Part shown: piece by piece, positions 59,305-64,000 of the stretch
How positions within the stretch are numbered: position 1 is the first letter of the stretch
Layout of the letters: each line of letters begins with the position of its first letter
Assembly (NCBI GenBank): GCA_965198225.1
Contig: CBDAOY010000005.1
Location: 768,001-832,000, forward strand
Length of the DNA stretch: 64,000 nucleotides
Origin: Terriglobia bacterium
Lineage (GTDB): Bacteria > Acidobacteriota > Terriglobia > 20CM-2-55-15
Direction of reading: 5' to 3'
Notes under the pieces: generated by a model
Seen by the model: only the letters and a program-made list of their open reading frames with translations
Databases searched by the model: none
What the model was told of the DNA's origin: nothing
Translations under genes and position numbers: made by a program

Positions 59305-61722
59305 GGGGTCATCGCAAGGTTTGTACCTGAAATTACTCTAAGGGAGGATCTGGCGAATAATTGGACTGCGGAGCCTCGTTGATCAATCCGATCAGGATGC
59401 TGCGGCCCTCGTCGGTATGGAATGCCGCCCGGGCGGCGAGATCAATCGCCGTTCCCCTGTCGTCGGGCACGAAGGGCCGCAGCCCAAGGTGCCGGATGGC
59501 CAACTGCCTGTGGGACGAACGCGTCGCGTTCCGGGTGCCGTAACCAGCCAGGGCCGAGGTGACGAAGAAGCGCGATATGAATCGCCAATCCAAGCCGGTT
59601 TTCAGCGCTTCTCCGCGTGCAGATCAGATCCAGATCGTCATCGGCCAGAACGTAATTCCGTTCCAGCGAGGCGGTGTCGGAGAGAACCCCGAACAAGGTT
59701 TCGCGAACGGAGGCCGACACTAGATGTCGTGAAGCCATGGCATGTCCCAAAAATGCTGGGGTCTATTTTGAGACTGCCCATAATATAGAAACGAATAAAG
59801 AGACACTTCGAAAGCCCGGAATGGAGGTGAAATGGCCCATCCTGAAACCGTCCCTGAAACGAACCAGACTGTGTGAAAAGTCCAAGTCGTGGATCGCTGA
59901 TCCGGCAACACCGAAGGGCAAGCACGATGACGGACCCGTGGCGACGCAGATCACTCGGGGCTGCCAGCCTTTTCGGTGGCGTGAGGTGTTGCTGTGACTG
60001 GGAAACGCGGGATGGAGGCGGATTGTTGCGCCAAAAACAGGCGGATTACCCGGTCAAACCGCTGCGACGGCAATCAAGGCGGGAATTCCTACGAGGTTGA
60101 TTGCGCGGCGCATGTTGTAGGCCAAGGCGGTGAGGCTGAACTCCCCGCGGACATTGCCGAGTCGGCGCGTCAGGAACGCGCCTTGGCCCATCCACTGCTT
60201 GATCGAACCGAAGGGATGCTCGACCGACTCCCGGCGACGATCCATCACCTCGGGCCGGGCGGCGAGACGGTTCGCCATGCGCTCCATCGTTGCTTCGTTC
60301 TCGAAGCGCGTGATGCGCCGATAGGTGTTCTTGGTACATCGTTCGCGTAGACCGCAGCCTCTGCATGCGGCGCGGTTGGCGTAACTGACAAGATACGTGC
60401 CTGTGCGCGACTTACCGACGCTTCCGCGATACAACGGCACCAGGCGCTCACCAGCGGGGCACCGGTAGGTGTCCGTGGAGTCGTCGTATTGGAAATCGGA
60501 CTTCGGAAAGTGGCCACTGCGTCTGGCCGTGCTCCGGTCGGGCTTCGGAACGTAGGGCGTGATCCCGGCGGCTTCGCAGTCCTCAATGTCTTCGATCTTG
60601 TAGTAGCCTCGGTCCGCGACCGCGTCGATCTCGTCGACAGCCAAGTTCTCCCGAGCCGCTGTGGCCGTCTCCGCGAGCAGACCGAGGTCCGAGACCTTGC
60701 TATGGACCTGCTGTTCGGCGATCAGGTTGTGCTCAGTGTCGACAGCGATCTGGACGTTGTAGCCGACTCCGACCCGTGTCCCGGAATGCATTGACCGGGA
60801 GTCCGGATCCGTAAGCGACAGCTGGGCTTCTCCGGTATCGTCCAGCGTCTGCCGATGCCCCTCCAAGGTCTCCTTTCTCTTACGGATCGATGCGATCTTC
60901 TCCTGAAGATCCGCCACGGCAGCCGCTCTGCCGCCGGCATCATCCGCGTCGGCCTCGTTCACCTGGTCGAGGTAGCGGTCGAGTCGGTCGTCGATACGCT
61001 GCAGGTCCGTCTTCAGCTTGGCCCGCGTGAAGTTGCGGTCCCGGTGGTTCACCGCCTTGATGCGCGTGCCGTCCACGGCGATCAACTCCCGCCCGTACAG
61101 GTCGAGTTCCCGGCACAACCGCACGAACCGCCGAAACACCGCCCGGAACGCATGCCGATTGTCGCGCCGGAAGTCGGCGATCGTCTTGAAGTCGGGCTTC
61201 AGCTGGCGTAGCAGCCAGATCGCCTCGAGGTTGCGATGCGTCTCTGTCTCCAGCCTGCGGCTCGACCGAATACGATTCAGATACCCGTAGATATACAGCT
61301 TCAGCAGATCCGCGGGATCGTAGCCTGGACGGCCCTTGTCGTTGGGCCGAACGCGCTGGAATCCAGCCGCCTCAAGGTCGAGACCGTCGACGAATGCATC
61401 AATGAAACGGACCGGGTTGTCCGGTCCCACGTAGTCGTCCACAGTATCGGGCAGAAGCAGAAGCTGGGAACGGTCTTCACCGGTGATATGTGCCATGACA
61501 CATTTTACCAACCGCCATGGGGAACCTGATGCCAGTTCACCGACTCCCGCCCGGCTGTCGCCGACTTTTCACACAGTCTGGAACGTTAAAGAGACGGACG
61601 GCCCGGCCCGCAACGGTGACATCCTCGGTTATGCCCGGGTCTCGACTGCGGCACAGGATGCCGCCAGCCAGCAGGATCGGCTGCGGGAGGCCGGCGCCAT
61701 TCGCGTGTTCGTCGACGTGATT
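59305..61722. mobile_element. Tn3-family remnant: 38-bp TIR 59305-59342, tnpA N-terminal fragment (-, from ~59740), res region, tnpR N-terminal fragment (+, ~61610-61722)
   Basis: GGGGTCATCGCAAGGTTTGTACCTGAAATTACTCTAAG; RRSAENRLGLAIHIALLRH; GYARVST. Confidence 0.8.
59865..61580 (-). mobile_element. IS1182-family element, apparently intact (transposase 60054-61496)
   Basis: IRs CAGACTGTGTGAAAAGTC / GACTTTTCACACAGTCTG; GAAC duplication; VDGTRI, ADRGY, VEHPFG. Confidence 0.93.
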
Positions 61723-62145
61723 CTGGATGTTTACGAGGAGCCGGACGACGAGATACCCACCGACAGTGGAACGTACGACGAAACGTACTGGCGTGAAAGG
61801 TCCAAAGAGGCACTGGAAGCTGCCCAGTATCTTTTTGAGCTCACGAGTTCCGTCTACACCGATCCTGAACTGCGATACAACAAGATCGCAATCGTTATCC
61901 GATCTCGAATGCACGCGGGATATAACCAGTTATCTATACGAAAAGGTGCTGGAAAGAATGTGCTCTTGAGATTCAGATACGGCGCGAAGCGTGATGAGAT
62001 GCAGGAGTTGCTTGAATCTAACGGCATTAGCTTCCAAGAACGTCGATCCGCTTTCAGATTCCAAATGACAACGGAGATGGTCAAGAGCAAGCGCGAGATG
62101 CTTGAACAGATCGCTCGGCTGAACAAGGAATGGTGGACCCACTGA
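61723..62145 (+). pseudogene. C-terminal part of an unknown protein fused to the tnpR fragment
   Basis: Open frame with lower GC; no own start. Confidence 0.4.
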
Positions 62146-62853
62146 CAAGAAGATGCGGCAGCCAGTCTCCTTTTGTTACACCATTCTGGGCGGGTCGGTG
62201 AAAGCGATCCGCGTCGGAATACGCATCCCAGTTGCGGCGGCGCGAGCCGAATGCCGGTTTCCTCGCCCTGGAGCGTGGCCGCGCCCATAAGCGAGCGGAA
62301 AAGCAGAGCGCAGACTCGATCGTCGATGCGGAAGTTGTGTTTGCGTGCTACTCGAGGATGGCGGGGGGGCAGAGTCGTAAAGATGGCCCCTTCGAATTGC
62401 AGTCCGATAACCGAGACTCCCTGATCGCAAGACATGGTCGCGGATCCTTCGCTGAAGCCGTCTGGTATGGGAATGGCCTCGTCTCGGTCACGCGCTTCAC
62501 TGCAAGTCCAATCCCCATTCCCGTTGGCGTCCCAGTACGCGAAATCGTCCTTCGTTTGTCCCTCCGCCGCCACCAATGCCCCGGCCGCCAGAGTCACACC
62601 CAGCACACGGGTCATTTTCCGAAGCTATGCCGCTGGCCAGGCTCGGTCAAGTAGGCGAGTATCTGTCATTGGGTTCTCCTTCGCTGCTGTGTTGCCTGAC
62701 CCATATCAATAGAGAAACAGAAGGGATTATTGGCTCCGCGCTGGATCGTTTTTGGCCCAGATCTCCCGATCCACCAGTTCACCGCCCGAGATCGCACACA
62801 AGGCACCACAATGATGTACGATAGAGTGTTCAACAAAAGAAAAGGACACGATC

Positions 62854-63141
62854 ATGGCTCAGGCGAACGTGACCAAGAGCGAGCGAGTAAATCTAAGGCT
62901 CAACGCGACGGCGAAGCTGCGGATCGAACGGGCGGCTTCGTTTGAAGGGAAAACCGTCAGCGGCTTTATTGTGTCGAGCGCCCTGGAAAACGCAGAGAAG
63001 GCCATCCAGAAGCACGAAACGATGGCTCTCGACCAGCGTGATGCCAAGCGCTTCTTCGATGTCATCATCAATCCGCCAGCCTTGAACAATAGACTCCGCA
63101 CGGCTATGGATGAGCATGGGAAACGCGTTGCCTCGCGATGA
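62854..63141 (+). CDS. DUF1778 (TacA-like) antitoxin
   Basis: KSERVNLRL..IERAA..TVSGFI..F..I.NPP. Confidence 0.9.
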   Translation: MAQANVTKSERVNLRLNATAKLRIERAASFEGKTVSGFIVSSALENAEKAIQKHETMALDQRDAKRFFDVIINPPALNNRLRTAMDEHGKRVASR

Positions 63142-63641
63142 GAGACCTGGACGCGCTCATTATAGAGCCGCTCGGGAAGCGACATGACCGAGCGGCTTTT
63201 TCTTGTGGGCTTCCAGAATTAGACCGCTACCTTGCTCGGCAGGCTGGGCAGGATGTTCGTCGTCGTATTGCCAGGGTGTTTGTCTGCACTACCGATGGTT
63301 CCAATACCATCCTCGGCTTCTACACGTTGAGCGCCCTCGCGATAGACCTGAGTTCTCTACCCGAAGAGCTGTCTCGAAAGCTACCCCGACATCCGGTGCC
63401 CTGTGCCCTTATCGGTCGACTTGCTGTCGACCAGTCAGTACGGGGGCACGGTTTGGGGCGTATGCTTCTCGTCGATGCGATCAAGCGAACCATGGGCGCT
63501 AGTGACGTTATGGCAATCCATGCCGTGATCGTAGATGCCAAGAATAATGCAGCGAAACAGTTCTACGAGGTGTATGGTTTCGCCCCGATGCAGGACGATC
63601 CCATGCGGCTCTTTTTACCGCTCGGCTCGATCCCTCTTTAA
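63138..63641 (+). CDS. GNAT acetyltransferase toxin (TacT-like)
   Basis: HDRAAFSCG..LDRYL, LIGRLAVD..RGHGLG, VDAKN..A..FY..YGF. Confidence 0.92.
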   Translation: MRDLDALIIEPLGKRHDRAAFSCGLPELDRYLARQAGQDVRRRIARVFVCTTDGSNTILGFYTLSALAIDLSSLPEELSRKLPRHPVPCALIGRLAVDQSVRGHGLGRMLLVDAIKRTMGASDVMAIHAVIVDAKNNAAKQFYEVYGFAPMQDDPMRLFLPLGSIPL

Positions 63642-63827
63642 GATCACTCAATTTCTGACCTAGGAGCCTGCGCCGTAGGAGGATTTTCGACTCGGCGACT
63701 TACGCGAGATGGCGATCAATCGGCATCGGTGACCGGGGAATGGGCGTTTTGGACGACGCCGCGCCGCTGGGTGCGCCACAGGTGCTTGAATCGGCCCTCG
63801 TTCAGCCTGATTTGCGGGCGGTATGCC

Positions 63828-64000
63828 TGTCATCAGGCTTGATTTCGATAACGTAAAAAGGATCCACCAAACGGGGTTCTGATCGAGGAAACGGGACCCA
63901 CCCCTGATAGCCTCCCCCGGCGAGTGCCTGGATGAACCGGCACGGCGGAGGGAGGATAAGGAGTTGTTAGGGATGGATCAGTACGAATGGGTCAGGACCG
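63828..64000 (+). mobile_element. Probable left end of another IS21-family element (istA start near 63973)
   Basis: TGT start, repeated GGAYCCACC motifs, RBS, MDQYEWVRT running off the window. Confidence 0.5.

Overview
A GC-rich accessory region dominated by mobile elements. The TonB-dependent receptors, multiheme-TPR protein, ankyrin and Calx-beta genes are Acidobacteria-like (inference). Main contents: (i) a ~5.6 kb inverted duplication (1-5574 vs 29997-34327) carrying IS256, a secreted katG, a Tn21-type res/tnpR and a RepA_C plasmid replicase; (ii) an integrated plasmid backbone with parA/parG, a 34-bp iteron origin, a third repA, VirD4-like and CpaF-like ATPases, a thermonuclease and a Calx-beta adhesin; (iii) many IS elements (IS256, IS21 x4, IS3, IS1634, IS1380, IS1182 x2, IS1111) and Tn3 remnants, often nested; (iv) TA modules and decayed defence genes. 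The most notable structure is a chain of elements that target one another. A group II intron (A, 42698-50878) splits a perfect 38-bp Tn3 terminal inverted repeat. A second intron (B) sits at A's domain V/VI junction. An ORF-less intron (C) has an EBS1 matching the conserved domain III ATAGT and has inserted into B and into itself. An IS1111 element inserted in an A-type intron carries a 3' non-coding RNA with two 8-nt guides matching both flanks of that intron target. Two stretches (about 5.6-6.9 kb and 49.25-49.86 kb) look like assembly-consensus mosaics. No CRISPR array, tRNA or rRNA was seen.
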